The notes below the pieces were generated by a model. The model was not told the origin of the DNA. It saw nothing but the letters and a program-made list of their open reading frames with translations, and did no database searches. A stretch of 34,919 nt of DNA from Conidiobolus incongruus B7586 (Eukaryota): assembly GCA_000697335.1 (NCBI GenBank), contig JNEM01013601.1:1-34919 (forward strand). Reading direction: 5' to 3'. Both the position numbers and the translations under genes were made by a program. Position 1 is the first letter of the stretch; every line of letters begins with the position of its first letter. This document shows positions 11,471 through 24,648 of the stretch, one piece after another.

Positions 11471-12924
11471 ATTACTGCAAAATATTTTGTTATAATGAAA
11501 TATAAATATATGATTCTACTGAATTTTAATTATTATTTAAGTTTGAATAACTAGTATTTTATTTACTATTAAAATGAGGGTTATTTATATGATTGGAGAT
11601 AAATTTTATTTTAAATCCTCAAAATTGATTCAGGTTCCTTAGATTATAATAATAGAAATATTAATTGATAAAAAATTAAAAATTATAATATTATAATAGT
11701 TGTATAATAATAAAAATTTGTAATATAAGTTAGTATATTATAGATAGTAAATTTTCATATTACTATATTTTATTCAAATAACTAATACCAATTTTTCATT
11801 GTATTGTTAAATTTCCATTAAAATATCAATAAATAAATATATAAAATCCTAAAATAACTATCTCTAATAATGAATAAATGCATCATTTTTTAATTAAATA
11901 GACAAAACTGACGTTTACTGGAATATTGTAAAATAAAATTAGAAATTATTTAATAATGAAAGGTTGAATATATTCAACATCCAAAATTGTATATTATTTT
12001 AATCAAAATTAAACAATTTATATATGGTAGAAAGTTAATATAAAATAATATTTTTTACTTTAATATTGATTAATAGCATAATTTTTTAATTATTAGAATA
12101 TATGATTCAATAATTGCTTAAATATTTTTTTATCTTGTTATAGCTGTTTAAAATGATAATATTTTTTAGAAATGTAATCACTTTGGTGGCATTTATTTCG
12201 ATCAAAATAATTGAATTGGCAATTAAAAGAACTAATAAAATATTATCTTAAACTATTATTCATTAAAAGTGGCATAATAGATAAGTTAACACTATATGTT
12301 TTTTCATCTTAAACATTATTTATTATTATATTCAGGTATTAAAATATTATTGAAACATCATATGATTCAACTCATTTCCAAAACATTATTTAATATTGTA
12401 GGAAGTTAATTTTGAAAGTCAAATAAAAATTTTATACGTGTATTCCTCTAATTTTCAGCGAAGTTGATATCAATTTCTAAATTGAATTGATATTATAATA
12501 GAAAAAATAAGCTATAAAATTTATTTGATTAAATATATTCTTGCTTTGATCAGTATAAGCATCTAAGCTTGATATAGAAATATGAATTAACTAATGTATC
12601 AATAAATATATTAAACTTATATTGTGAATTGAAGAATTATTGTGTTTTATTTTAGGTTCTAGTTAAATAATCAATAGTAATTTAATAAAGTAAATAGAAT
12701 CCAGGATTAAAAAATTGAAAAAATTCAATACTAAGCAAATATTTTGAAGATAGTAGACTAAATTTCATTTATAATATAAAAATAGATGAAACACAAAAAA
12801 TATAATAACCAGTATGGCAACAAATTCAATTAAGAATTAAAAACTATTAAAACGTTTATAAAATATAGAATTAATTTTAATAATATTTTTTATAAATAGC
12901 TGACTAAATATATGCACAATAAAA

Positions 12925-13452
12925 TTAACTCTTATTATCTCCACCATCATGTGAAGGTAATAAACTCCAAAAAAAGCGTCCTAAATAATACAGAATAAAA
13001 AAGGTTCCGTCTATAACCAAAATTGTCAATAGTAACAATTTGGTTCTGGGACTTGTTACCACGTTTTTTAATCGACTGCTCGTTCTTGATAAATTGGTGC
13101 CAAAGTTGTCCATTTGATTTTCCTATTGTTATTATCAGTATTGAAATTTGAAGTTATATATAATGACAATTAGGAATATTACTGTATCATCTAATAACCT
13201 ATTTTGACTTCCTACTTCGTCGTGAATATCGATAGTGACCTAAATTTTAATAAAGTTAAAAACTTGAATAGTAGAAAAAATAATATGAATTACTCTGTGA
13301 AGAGCACTGGCTTGTTCGGCCATTTGTTCTAATCTACGGTCATTTTGACTTTGATAAATACTAGCGTCGGAATTGAAATTATTTCTACCTCTGAAATTAT
13401 TATTGTTTATGATCAATAACGCAAATGTTAATAAAATTTACCTATTAGACAT
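12925..13452 (-). CDS. Bet1/Sft1/GS15-like Qc-SNARE, 4 exons (13452-13442, 13390-13294, 13239-13183, 13122-12925), 120 aa
   Basis: Three GT-AG introns (51, 54, 60 nt) join in frame to MSNRGRNNFNSDASIYQSQNDRRLEQMAEQASALHRVTIDIHDEVGSQNRLLDDTENQMDNFGTNLSRTSSRLKNVV followed by a C-terminal TM helix. The pattern QND..L..(L/M)......L..VTIDI..E...QN.LLD is typical of Bet1-like SNAREs. Confidence 0.88.
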
Positions 13453-14121
13453 TATATTAAAATTCTCAATAAAAATTCAATATTAAGTAATAATTAAAGT
13501 TAAATAAATATATCATAAAAATAAGTTATAGATCGTTTGAATAAATAATAATATTGTTATTATTTAAAATATGAATCTTAATAGAATATTATTTATATAA
13601 TGAATGAATACTTGTTTAACTTTAATTTATTTTAATTTGATTAAAATTGAAATTTATGGGTTTATAACATTAAAATTCAATCATTTTTTTTTGATTGATT
13701 GATTAAATATAGTTAAAAATGTGACTGATAATAAAAAATAAAAAATTTGAATACAAATAGTTATATTAACCAATAAAAAATTATAAATTACAAATTATAT
13801 CAGTTGAATTACCAAAAATAATATAAGTCATAACATTAAAGAACTAAAATTTCACATTAATCTAGAGAAATATGAATTGAGCGAAGATCATTGTGAATGA
13901 CCAATTTCCTCAAAGTACTCCAAATTCATGATATCAATTAGCCCCATTAAGAAATTGGAGAAAATTCATTATAAAATTCTTTTTAATTTGGAGTAGTCTA
14001 TAGTGTTTTCTAGGCAGTCTAATTCCATTTTCATTTTTAGTATTCCTTTAAATATATAAATAACGGTTAATCTTTAATTGGTGCATGTTTTTCAAAAATT
14101 AATTGAGTTTTGGAACAGTTG

Positions 14122-15093
14122 ATGGCTTCTGCTACTGTAATAACTACTCAAATCAATGCTGTGTTTAAGCTGGGTTTGCGGCATCCTGATCATGGAGAGG
14201 GTAGTTGGTACGATGAGGAAAGTATGATCACACCTAATATTATACCTGAAGATTCTACCATTCTACCACAATCTCCCATCATGGCTATCAACCCTGATTC
14301 TCTCAATATATCTAGCAGCGAAACAACAATACAGCCGCAAACACCTATACTACCTGTAGTTAACTCCGATCCTATTGTGACTCCAACTGGTCAGACCAAT
14401 TCAAGCAGGAATTCAATAGACGATAATAATAGTAATACATCAAGTATCACTTTAGCGAGACCTGCAGTAAATCCTAATCGTGATATAAATCCAGCTGGAA
14501 ATCCCATCAATCAACCGACGCAAGTGCCAGCATTTCTGGATTCATCATTCTTCATCACTCTGGAGGAAGAGGATAGTAATGTTGCAACCAAGCTCAATCT
14601 TCCAAGCTGGCAGAAACTGTACTTCACATTCCACTATGATAAGCAGTTGGAATATGTGGTGAATCTGAACACATGCGTAGCTACAATCCAATTCAAAAAG
14701 AATTTAAATGTTGCGAAACGCATGGAAATTATGACCATCCTCCTAATGCTCATGGCAATTGGCTCCAGCTTCCTGTTAAGCTACTGGTTTTTACCTCCGA
14801 CGACTTCACTAGTCCTCGAAATTAGCTTGGTATCGATCACATTTACATCACTGATCTTAATCATGTATCGCAGCTGGAAGTACAGCTACCGCTGCAGTTA
14901 CCTTGGCCAGATTCTGAAGGAGCAGGACCACGCTGAGACTTTGCGTGCAAATAACCCCACAACCCTCACGCTCCCCACTTATCAAAGCGTCTACGAACCA
15001 CCTCCAAACTACGAATTCAATGCCAACCCCCCACCAGCCAATCAAAACACCAATACAAATCAATCGTCACCAACGAATTCCCAATCAGTTTAA
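14122..15093 (+). CDS. Hypothetical 2-TM membrane protein with low-complexity P/S/T/N N-terminus and C-terminal PY motifs
   Basis: GC-richer ORF of ~323 aa from the first ATG. Two hydrophobic helices (IMTILLMLMAIGSSFLLSYWFL; LVLEISLVSITFTSLILIMY) and a tail containing LPTY and PPPNY. Confidence 0.8.
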   Translation: MASATVITTQINAVFKLGLRHPDHGEGSWYDEESMITPNIIPEDSTILPQSPIMAINPDSLNISSSETTIQPQTPILPVVNSDPIVTPTGQTNSSRNSIDDNNSNTSSITLARPAVNPNRDINPAGNPINQPTQVPAFLDSSFFITLEEEDSNVATKLNLPSWQKLYFTFHYDKQLEYVVNLNTCVATIQFKKNLNVAKRMEIMTILLMLMAIGSSFLLSYWFLPPTTSLVLEISLVSITFTSLILIMYRSWKYSYRCSYLGQILKEQDHAETLRANNPTTLTLPTYQSVYEPPPNYEFNANPPPANQNTNTNQSSPTNSQSV

Positions 15094-17467
15094 TAACCAA
15101 TGTAAGTTTTAAGAAAGCACTTAACCCAATATCATTGATATTTTTATAGGATTGATCCTAACCATCATCATTATAATTTCTAAAAGATTTTCTCCACATT
15201 TAAGATTTTAATTACTTTTTAAGTGATTTAATTTGATATTTTTAAAATATTATATAGTTAAGAATTTTTTTTATAATAATTTTTAAAAATTTTCAATTAC
15301 TAAATTTTTATGATTTTATAATATTGATCAAATAAAAAATTAGTTAAAAATATAATTTATAAATTATTAAAAGTAATATATATATATTACTTGTAATACA
15401 AATTTTTCATTTTCAAAATCTGGGTGTTAATAACCATTACATGATATATTACATATATTAATTAATCAATATATATATGACGTATAGAAATATTGATATT
15501 AAAAAAACTTTATAAAATTATTTGTTATAAATTAATAAAATTTATATTAATTTATTGGAAATAATATTAAATTTCTAGATGATATTCAATTCAAAAATAC
15601 TACCAAGAAGACCTAATAAGTTATATTCAAATAATTGTTTTTATTTATAGAATATATCTTTTTTCCAATTTGAGTATATTTAAAATATATATATTGAATT
15701 TGATTATTCATTTAAATCTTAATACAATTAATGTTAATTATAGTTTATCACAGTATATATAATGCAACTGAATTTACATTTAAATAATAAAAAATCATTG
15801 TGTATTTTGTAAACATTTGATTTCCATTATTTGGTACATTATTCAATCATAATAGTGATTTTATAATATTAACTATATAAAACATCTTTTGAATATCAAT
15901 AAAATTCCAAAAAACATACCAAGTTATTAATGTCAATGTCAAAACTTATGGTGAACTTTTTTATATTCACACATAAAACTCTTTATTTTTTACTAATTAA
16001 TCAAATTTGATCAAAATCAAAACAATCACTTTAAACACTAAGCTTAATTTTTAATAAATTGATGGAATAAAATTTCAATATATATATATATATATATATA
16101 TATTAATCAATTATTGGTCTATTTAAAATATCATTGCATAAAAAATTATAAAAATTTCGAATAATCAATTCTCATAGGTATAGCATTATGAATATTAAAT
16201 ATTATTTTGGATATGTAATTATAGGTAATATAAAAAGACTAAAACTTATATTTAATTAATATTATTTGAAAAATATCAGACTTTATGAAAAGCATTAATT
16301 TATAGTTTGCAATGTCAAATTGAATTGAAAATAAGTATTGAAGTAATTTAATATTTATTTTAACACAACATATTATATATATATATATATATATATAACA
16401 ATTAAAATATTAATAATAATCTATAATTTAATCGATTATTTAATACCTTGTTGAGAGATATTTGAATTTGATATATAGGACAATATTGCGTTCAGAGTTT
16501 TTGTATATGATTAAGTAGTATATAATCAATATCGGTTAGTAATTAAATATCCTAATATTATTTACAAAAGATATTTCAAAAGTTTTTTGAGATTAATATT
16601 AATTGTTTTTTTTTAAAAAAATTCAAATGATTAACTAAAAATTATTAAAATAGGATGCAAAGAGTAATGTAACTTGATTCATTACTTTATATTTGATTTA
16701 ATAACTAGAAATATATTCTTGATTGAAAAAAAGTGAGATTTTTTTGACTAATAATATTAAAATAAAACCATTTTAGACAGAAATTCATAAAAATATAAAA
16801 CTAATTAAGTATCATTTGAATTTTCATCAATAAAATATTTTACACTAATTGACAACAATTCATTCTATCTTTGCAATTTCGATGATGTAATTAATTAGTA
16901 AATTAATATAATTTTAAATGAAATCATTTGAAATCGCATTAGGAAAAAAGTTAATCAAAATTAATTCATTTTGACTTAATTTTAATTCAGTTAAAAATAA
17001 ATATGTATTATGTTATTAAAGATTTCGTAATTATTATGTAACTTTAGGAAATCATTGATAGTATTACTATAGTGTATTCTTAAATTTTATTCGATACTTC
17101 ATTCCGTTTAATGCTTTAATTAAATTCAATTTATACTGATCTTATAAATTAATATCGGACACCCTTACGAAAAGTATTGCATTAAGCTTTACTAATTGTG
17201 CAAGTAAATAAATTAAAATCGCGCAAAATTACCATAAAATAAGTGTTGCTCCAATTAATTTACCTTATAATTACAAACTATAATGTCCAAAGTGATCTGC
17301 AGGAGCTGTAATTTATTTCAAATTTTCACGTTGACACAATCTTATTAATGACATAAATTGATGCTTTTCATTACAAGATATTAATTGAGTATATAAACTC
17401 AGTCTTTCTCAATCATTAACATTAATTATATAGTAGAAATTGATAGTGAATAAGGATATTTTTCAAA

Positions 17468-17848
17468 ATGGATTTTCAAAATTTCATCAATAATGATTTA
17501 GTTGGATCCAAAGCTATTTCTAAAGGAGCCATTATCGGGTTTGATGCTTCAGTGTGGGCAACCAGTGAGGACTTTTCCATTTCCCAAGAAGAAGCTGAAG
17601 CCATCACTTACGGTTTTAATGATAACAAATCCATTATGCAGAGAGGCATCCCTGCCAACGGTAAAGAATTCCATACTATGGGTGCCGACCCTACGATTAT
17701 TCATGGCAAAAAGGGCCTTGATGGTATTGTATGTGCCAGGAGTAAGAAAGGTGTTGTCATTGGCACATTTGAAGCACCCACGGACCTTGAACAAGCTCTT
17801 CCCATTGTTAAGAATTTAGCTGATCATTTATCTGATGAGGGTTATTAA
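17468..17848 (+). CDS. Divergent profilin paralog
   Basis: 126-aa intact ORF that aligns without gaps to the canonical profilin (AIIG.D...WATS..F..S..E..AI..GF...GI..NG...GK.G..GI.C...IG..EAP...LAD.L...GY). Confidence 0.92.
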   Translation: MDFQNFINNDLVGSKAISKGAIIGFDASVWATSEDFSISQEEAEAITYGFNDNKSIMQRGIPANGKEFHTMGADPTIIHGKKGLDGIVCARSKKGVVIGTFEAPTDLEQALPIVKNLADHLSDEGY

Positions 17849-19206
17849 ATAAAATCTAGTAAAATTGTATAAACTCAAAATTATTACATATTCTTAACAC
17901 TATTTTCATATACTCAATATGAATTGATATGCTAAATCAACTAATTTTATATAGCATTTTTATTCTTAATTTGACTCTATTTTACTATGATTCCCTCATA
18001 CACGATTAATATGGTTATTATATAACAATATTTTGACTTTAGTTTCAATTATCTGTTTAATTTGAGTAATACATTTAAACTACTGTGATAATAATAAAAT
18101 ATATTAAATACTTGTATTATTTTAACTGTCAATTCTATGTTTAAAATTTTTATACATTTGAAAGGTTTTTAAGATAAATTATAAAAATAATATCAAATAG
18201 TTGTTCATTAAGTATATTTTATTATATTTTTTCACTTGAAATAATTGCAAATTTTCAATTTCTAATAAAATTAATACTGGAATTAAGTAAGTGATATTAA
18301 TAATAATATCTTAAAATTACAAATGTTTATAACAAATCAGATTTCAATCTAATATTGTAAATGATCAACCCTATGTTTTATTATATATGCCAACTTTTTT
18401 CATTTTATATAATTACCATATAGTTATACTAAAATAACTGAAATTTTTGATAAACAATTTATAATTAATTTCATTATTTTATATCAATACTTATCGATTC
18501 AACTGGATTATCAATGTCACCATTATATCAATTAAAGTAGTAATATCTAAAAATAAAAAATTACTTTATTGGTATCCATAAATCATAAATACTTTGGATA
18601 AATATTTCAACTCTTGAAAATATATTGATGATATATTGATCATCAGCTTTATAGAAGCTTCATTCCGTTATCCGATCTTGTCTATTAATTAATATAATAA
18701 TAAGAATATAAATTAATGAATGGATCAGAAATCGAAGTCACCAATAATGGGAATATATAGTGTTAACCATCAAACGTCAATAATTTAAATAAAAATTAAT
18801 GAATCTATTATTTCATATCCTGATTTTGTATTATATCAACATATAATATTCTTGAATCATTTGAGCATTTTATAGATTATGAATATAATATCAAAGTAAG
18901 TATATTTTGACTATATATTCATTTGAAAAGTTTAAATTATGGCTAGAATATTGGCTGATATAAAAGGCTATTATTTAAACCTTATAGATCTCAGCCAGTA
19001 ACAAGATAGAAATAACTTATCATACATGACATAATGATATATTTAATAAGAACAGAGTGTGAATGTTATTTTATTAACAGTAGAATAAATTTATAGAAAT
19101 TCAAATAAATGAACTGATTTAAACTATATACTGAGATATCCAATGGATATATTTACCTTGATCTCCAACATATATTATATATCCAAACTTAAAACTTTCA
19201 ATATTA

Positions 19207-19560
19207 ATCAAGTAAAAGTTTTTGTATTGATAATCAACTAAACGGTGTGAGTGGAATGTGTAAAGCTACAATTACCAGGCATGGCGAACATCTTTGGATA
19301 AGAGTAGCTAAGGAGTATTGCTGCCGGATTAAATAGCAATGATTCTATCCCTCAAAGGTAGTGCTACCTTGGAGGATGAACATTACTCCTCTGAGAGAAG
19401 TGGTACTAGAATCATTTATACAAGACAAGAAATTAAAGATATTATATTCTAAGAAAATAGAAAATATACTATTGCTTTATATTTAAATCCTCTTGAAATT
19501 GGTTTAGGTACTGCTATTGATGAAAATTTTTGTTAATATCTTGAAGAATAGTGTCTATAA
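19207..19560 (+). pseudogene. Profilin pseudogene 2
   Basis: Consecutive frame-shifted segments IDNQLNGVSGMCKATITRHGEHLW / RSIAAGLNSNDSI / GSATLEDEHYSSERSGTRIIYTRQ / TIALYLNPLEIG...ENFC*YLEE*CL* follow profilin order. They correspond to VDTSLIGTGKVTKAAIIGHDGSTW / AAIADGFTNNDSI / SGIHVNGQKY..RADDRSIYGKQ / LIGVYEAPIQPG..EKLADYL. Start codon lost; deletion after W30. Confidence 0.78.
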
Positions 19561-22123
19561 ATAAGGTCAATTACAATGTAGATTATGATGAATTTAATAC
19601 ACTTTATCGTGATCTATAATTTTTAAGTATACTAGCAATTAAAAATTTTCTATTGAAAATTTATTTAGTTTGAACATTTCTTTCAATGTTAAAAATAATA
19701 CGAATATATGTAAGTTTAAATCCACGCCAAATATGATCAATCAACCATTTTTAAGATAACTTTTTACATTAATCCAGATAGTTATGAAAAAAGAATTAAA
19801 AAGAACAAAAATTGAATTAGGAAACCCAAACTTATTGACTATGAATAAAAAACTTTATTAGATTTAACAATGCACTAAATGGTTTCCTTCTAATTCAAAC
19901 ATCATTAAATAGAGATAATGAACACAATAATCCTCTCAACGGTTAAATGTCGTTAGTAAAATAATTTTTGTATTTCGTGATCATTTTACTATCAAGCCCA
20001 TCTTTACTTTTAATTAATTGACATTGTTATTCCGGTATAATAATATATATTTATGAAATTTATATTTTTATATCATTATTTTTCAATTCAATATTTCAAT
20101 GAATCATTTTGTGATAATTAGATAAACTATCTATCAAAAAACATTACATGAATATGGTGAAAATATACTGTTCAAAATGCCTAATATCATCTTAAAAATG
20201 GTGTATAATAGTTTAAATGGATTTGATTATTCATGTTAATAAAAGCAAATAATTTGATCTATAATTAAATAATCAAAATATCTAATTTAAAGTCAATTTT
20301 ACACCACATTTGAAAAAAATATATTCAAATAATTAGTCACATTTTGATGTAATATACTAAATACAGTTGATTTTTTCTAACTTGGAATTTTTTACTCATC
20401 AAATATTGGAAAATGTATAAAATATCCATTTTCAAAAAAAAACTTCTGTGTTAATTTTTAATCTAATCATTCACTTTATACTTTATTGATTCGACCTTAT
20501 CAAAATTCACTATTTGTGATATTTTATATATGTAAATAATAACAATCATACTCAATTTTTCATTAACAGATTACTTTATTTTCTAATTTCCTATTGATAA
20601 TACCAATACATGTGACTATATTTTTGGACATGGTATATTAACTGATTAGTTCATGAAAATAATACATGATTCATATACTATTGTATTAATGAGATTATTG
20701 AAACAATATCTTGATTTACCATGACTTATTATTCTTTTGATATACTAATAAAATAAATGACTTTAACTAATGTATCAATGAATTTATTTCAATTATTTTT
20801 TTAATAATGGTAAATACTTTTGATAAGATACTGAATTATGTAAATAATATTATTAAACACTACATTTAACCGAATAACCCATGCTCAATTATTGATTATC
20901 ATTTGTCAATTGAAAATAAGAGGTAAGTATTAAATTTTTATTATAGATGTATATTAAAATCGTATATAGACTTCAAATTATATATATAAATAACTGTATT
21001 TGAGTAGGTTAGAAATGAATGAAAAATGATTCAGATATTTGATTGTTCTAATATCAAATATTCTGATTTCAAAATTATTTTATATTAATACAAGTATTGA
21101 TATTAGTGATTAATGATAAAATGATATTAATATTTTATGAATATATATCAAATCTAGAAAAGGACGATCATAATGACTGTGATCATATTGTGCGGCTTTT
21201 TGCATTTTAAAAAAAAGAAAGGGATGTAATTCCAATTCCGAGACTTCTTGCAACTACTAATATTTACTCTATCATATAATAATATAATTTAAATTCATAT
21301 TACTGATTTTTAGTTGTGTTCTCATTTATTAACAAATATTTGAATTTAATGAATTTTATTAAAATTGAAAATGAGAAGATCAATTGTAATTTTCATTAAA
21401 AACATATAATATATACAAAAATGAAAAATTTATAGATATTAATATTACATATTAAAACACAAAAAATTTAAAAAAACACTATATAATAATTTGATCCAGT
21501 TCAAAAAAGGTAAACTTTTCTAGAATCACTCATATTCAAATCATTTATACTCACAACAGTATTTTATTTTCAATATTTTAGCTTCACTATTAAAGATTTC
21601 TTCAAAAAAAGATTATAAACTTAACGTCTGAATCACTTCTACGCCATATTATATTATAACAGATATAATTTAAAGCAATCATTTGTTAATTAATCTTAAT
21701 AAATTAACAAAAACTAATTTTACATTATTGAATGGATATGAATTTAATATGGCGTTATATTTTATAAATTGACTGTTAAAACCATTAAGTATATTTTTAG
21801 ACCTTAGATTGTCATAAAAATAAGTTTAAAAGGATTGGAGCAAAGATTAAGCTCCGAATTGAATATAATATTACTTATAACAATATAATATATTAGAATT
21901 AACTATCACTTAAGAGTATTGATTATACAAATGATAAAGGAATATTCAATTTACGTTACACTCATAAAATGAAAAAAGTAAAATTAATGCTAAATAGGAT
22001 ATTCCCATAATATTTCAGAGGATGCAATGACGCAACTGAATCCTTTTTAATTGGATATTTGGAATGTATTTGAATAAAATCTAAATTTTATTAAATTATT
22101 ATTACATAAAAGAATATTATAAA

Positions 22124-22504
22124 ATGAGTTGGCAAGCTTACGTCGATACTAGTTTAATTGGAACTGGCAAAGTTACCAAGGCTGCTATTATTGGTCACGA
22201 CGGTAGCACTTGGGCTACCAGTACTGGATTCACTGTCTCTCCTCAAGAAGGCGCTGCCATCGCTGACGGTTTCACTAATAATGACTCCATCCGTGCCTCT
22301 GGTATCCATGTTAACGGACAAAAATACTTCACTTTGAGAGCTGATGATAGAAGTATTTACGGTAAGCAAGGTGAAAACGGTATTTCCTGTGTTAAGACTA
22401 CTCAAGCTATTTTAATTGGTGTTTATGAAGCCCCCATCCAACCTGGTGAATCTGCTAATGAAGTTGAAAAATTGGCTGATTACCTCATTAGTGTTGGTTA
22501 TTAA
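22124..22504 (+). CDS. PFY1: Profilin (canonical), intronless
   Basis: 126 aa MSWQAYVD...KYFTLRADDRSIYGK...VEKLADYLISVGY. Retains W3, Y6, W30, R72, R76, Y79, Y120 and Y126; strong codon bias. Confidence 0.97.
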   Translation: MSWQAYVDTSLIGTGKVTKAAIIGHDGSTWATSTGFTVSPQEGAAIADGFTNNDSIRASGIHVNGQKYFTLRADDRSIYGKQGENGISCVKTTQAILIGVYEAPIQPGESANEVEKLADYLISVGY

Positions 22505-24041
22505 ATTCAATCTGTCTAATCCTTGACAAAATTTTGGATTATCTTTAATACCATTTATGTATTCAATACTCAGTCCTCTTCCACTCTTAAATTTATATAG
22601 TATATCTTACAAAATTTCACCTTATTCTAAAATTTTTTTATTAAACTTGAATACTCCTTTTGTAGCTTTTTTTATTCTTTACTTCATTTAAACTTTCAGT
22701 TTATTTTCGCTTTGACTATTGAAATACCATATCAAATTATAATTCAAATTTTAATTATTTGAAAATGTAATTGATTTAATATATATTCCCAAGATTTAGT
22801 TTTTTTTGTAGTATTTCTATCTTTTATTCTCGTGCATGATCAAATATACTACACTATATTCATGTTACCTTGATAGAATTTTAATTTAAACTTTTAACTA
22901 TATATTCTATTAAATATAAACTAATACTTAACTCAATATATGATATAATCATTGATTTAAACAACGATACAAGGTGATATTTGTTATATACGAAAACTAG
23001 TACCTAACTATTTATATAGTATTATTTTTCCTGACCAATATAATAAATTCTAGATTTATTCCTGTATTTCGCTTCAGCACTTGTTCTGTTAACTGAAAAA
23101 CTCCACTATATAGTTTAAATACAGTGAAATCATATATTAACAATAATAATTAGGATATAGCTTGATTTTCATATTAATATTCATTCATACTTTATATTAT
23201 TTATATGACATTGTATTTTTCTGTTATTGCTTACAAATCAGATATGTGTTAATTAAAACTAAATAAATGTAAATTTTTTAAATTTGATATATAACTTTTT
23301 TGAAACTTAAGTAGTATATATATATATATATATATATCATAATATAACAATCTAAATAAATATAAAATTTGCTCTAATTAACCAACAGATTCACAGTATC
23401 AAATGATATGATTTTAAATTTATATGAACGATTAACCCTGAGTTGTATATAGTATAATGCTTTTTACTATTCATATTGTAACAATTAATATATATATGTG
23501 TGTGTGTATTAAATTAAAAATCTCTGGTTGATAAATGAAAAGCAATGACCAGATCTTGTTTTTGGAAAAAAATCATTACTGTAATTGACTGCTGGTTTTT
23601 GCTTTTTGGTAAAAATTAAATTAAATTTCAACTATGCAATAATTATTTTACACATACATTAATAACTGTTTATAAGTTTGTTGATATTATTTTCAGATGT
23701 AAAAACAAGGTTAAGTATTAAGTATTTGAGAATGTCAATATGTTAAACAATTTAATAAATTATAGTTTTAGTGTTTTTAAAAAAATATATATAATGATTG
23801 ATGAACAGGAGAATGTCAGGTTGGTGATGTTAGAAACTCTCTAGTTGAATAAAAATTGAGTTAATTAAAAAATCAAATTAAAAACTTGATCATCATTCAT
23901 ATATGTAATTTATAGAATCAAATAATAAACATTATAACAATTGCAATATATATATCATTAATTCTAAACTAAAATTAAATTAATAAAAATATTTGAACAT
24001 TTGACAAATTTATTAAATCAAAAATTATATTAAAAAGAAAA

Positions 24042-24648
24042 TTAAATGGTTTTTTGGTTAGGTACAGTTTTATCGGTAGTTTCAGCAGCGGGAGTGGGAA
24101 CAATAGCTGGTACAGTGCTAGGCTTGTGACTAAAATATCAAAAAATTAATCAAAGTGATATATTGATATATATTTATAAATATTTACGTGAAAACTCTGA
24201 ATAATTGATAGCAGTTAGTAGCAGCAACGAATAAATTGACACTGAAAAGAGAATAGTTAACAGGCGTGATAACTAAAGAGTATCTAGACCAAATTAAACC
24301 AGTGGCTGCTAAAGCTAAAACAAATCACTTAATATTTCATATCCTATTATGATACTAATATTTACCTGTAGTTTGAGAAACTGAAATTTTTTCAACAGGT
24401 CTTTGTAAATCTCCCAACCCAGCAAAAACCAAACCCTAAAATATAATTTAATAAAACATTTTAACACTTATATCATATTTATTTATACCCATTTCATAGC
24501 GGGAGCCCAAAAGTGAACAGTTTTAGGACCTATAAATAGGTTTTAAAAATTTATTATCAAATATTGAAATTAAAAAATATTTACCAGCAGGGTGGTTTAA
24601 AAATTGTTGGAATTTCGAAGTAGCAACAGATGTAGCAGGTCCTGACAT
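24042..24648 (-). CDS. MPC2: Mitochondrial pyruvate carrier subunit (MPC2-like), 5 exons (24648-24585, 24529-24489, 24435-24366, 24314-24188, 24129-24042)
   Basis: Missed by the ORF track. Four short GT-AG introns join in frame to MSGPATSVATSKFQQFLNHPAGPKTVHFWAPAMKWGLVFAGLGDLQRPVEKISVSQTTALAATGLIWSRYSLVITPVNYSLFSVNLFVAATNCYQLFRVF plus a P/T/A-rich tail. HPAGPKT.HFWAP..KW and RP.EK.S are MPC2-type signatures. Confidence 0.95.

Noticed and set aside
19720..19980. Faint coding-like or profilin-like peptides on the minus strand (FTND, FELEGNH)
   Set aside because: Too few matches and no consistent colinearity.
14857..22405. ORFs 14857..15063, 17502..17819, 17549..17794 and 22154..22405
   Set aside because: Overlapping or antisense frames of the better-supported membrane-protein and profilin genes.
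23538..23606. Imperfect hairpin (aaaagcaatgaccag...ctggtttttgctttt) as a possible ncRNA
   Set aside because: No convincing snoRNA or snRNA boxes, and the stem is short and imperfect.
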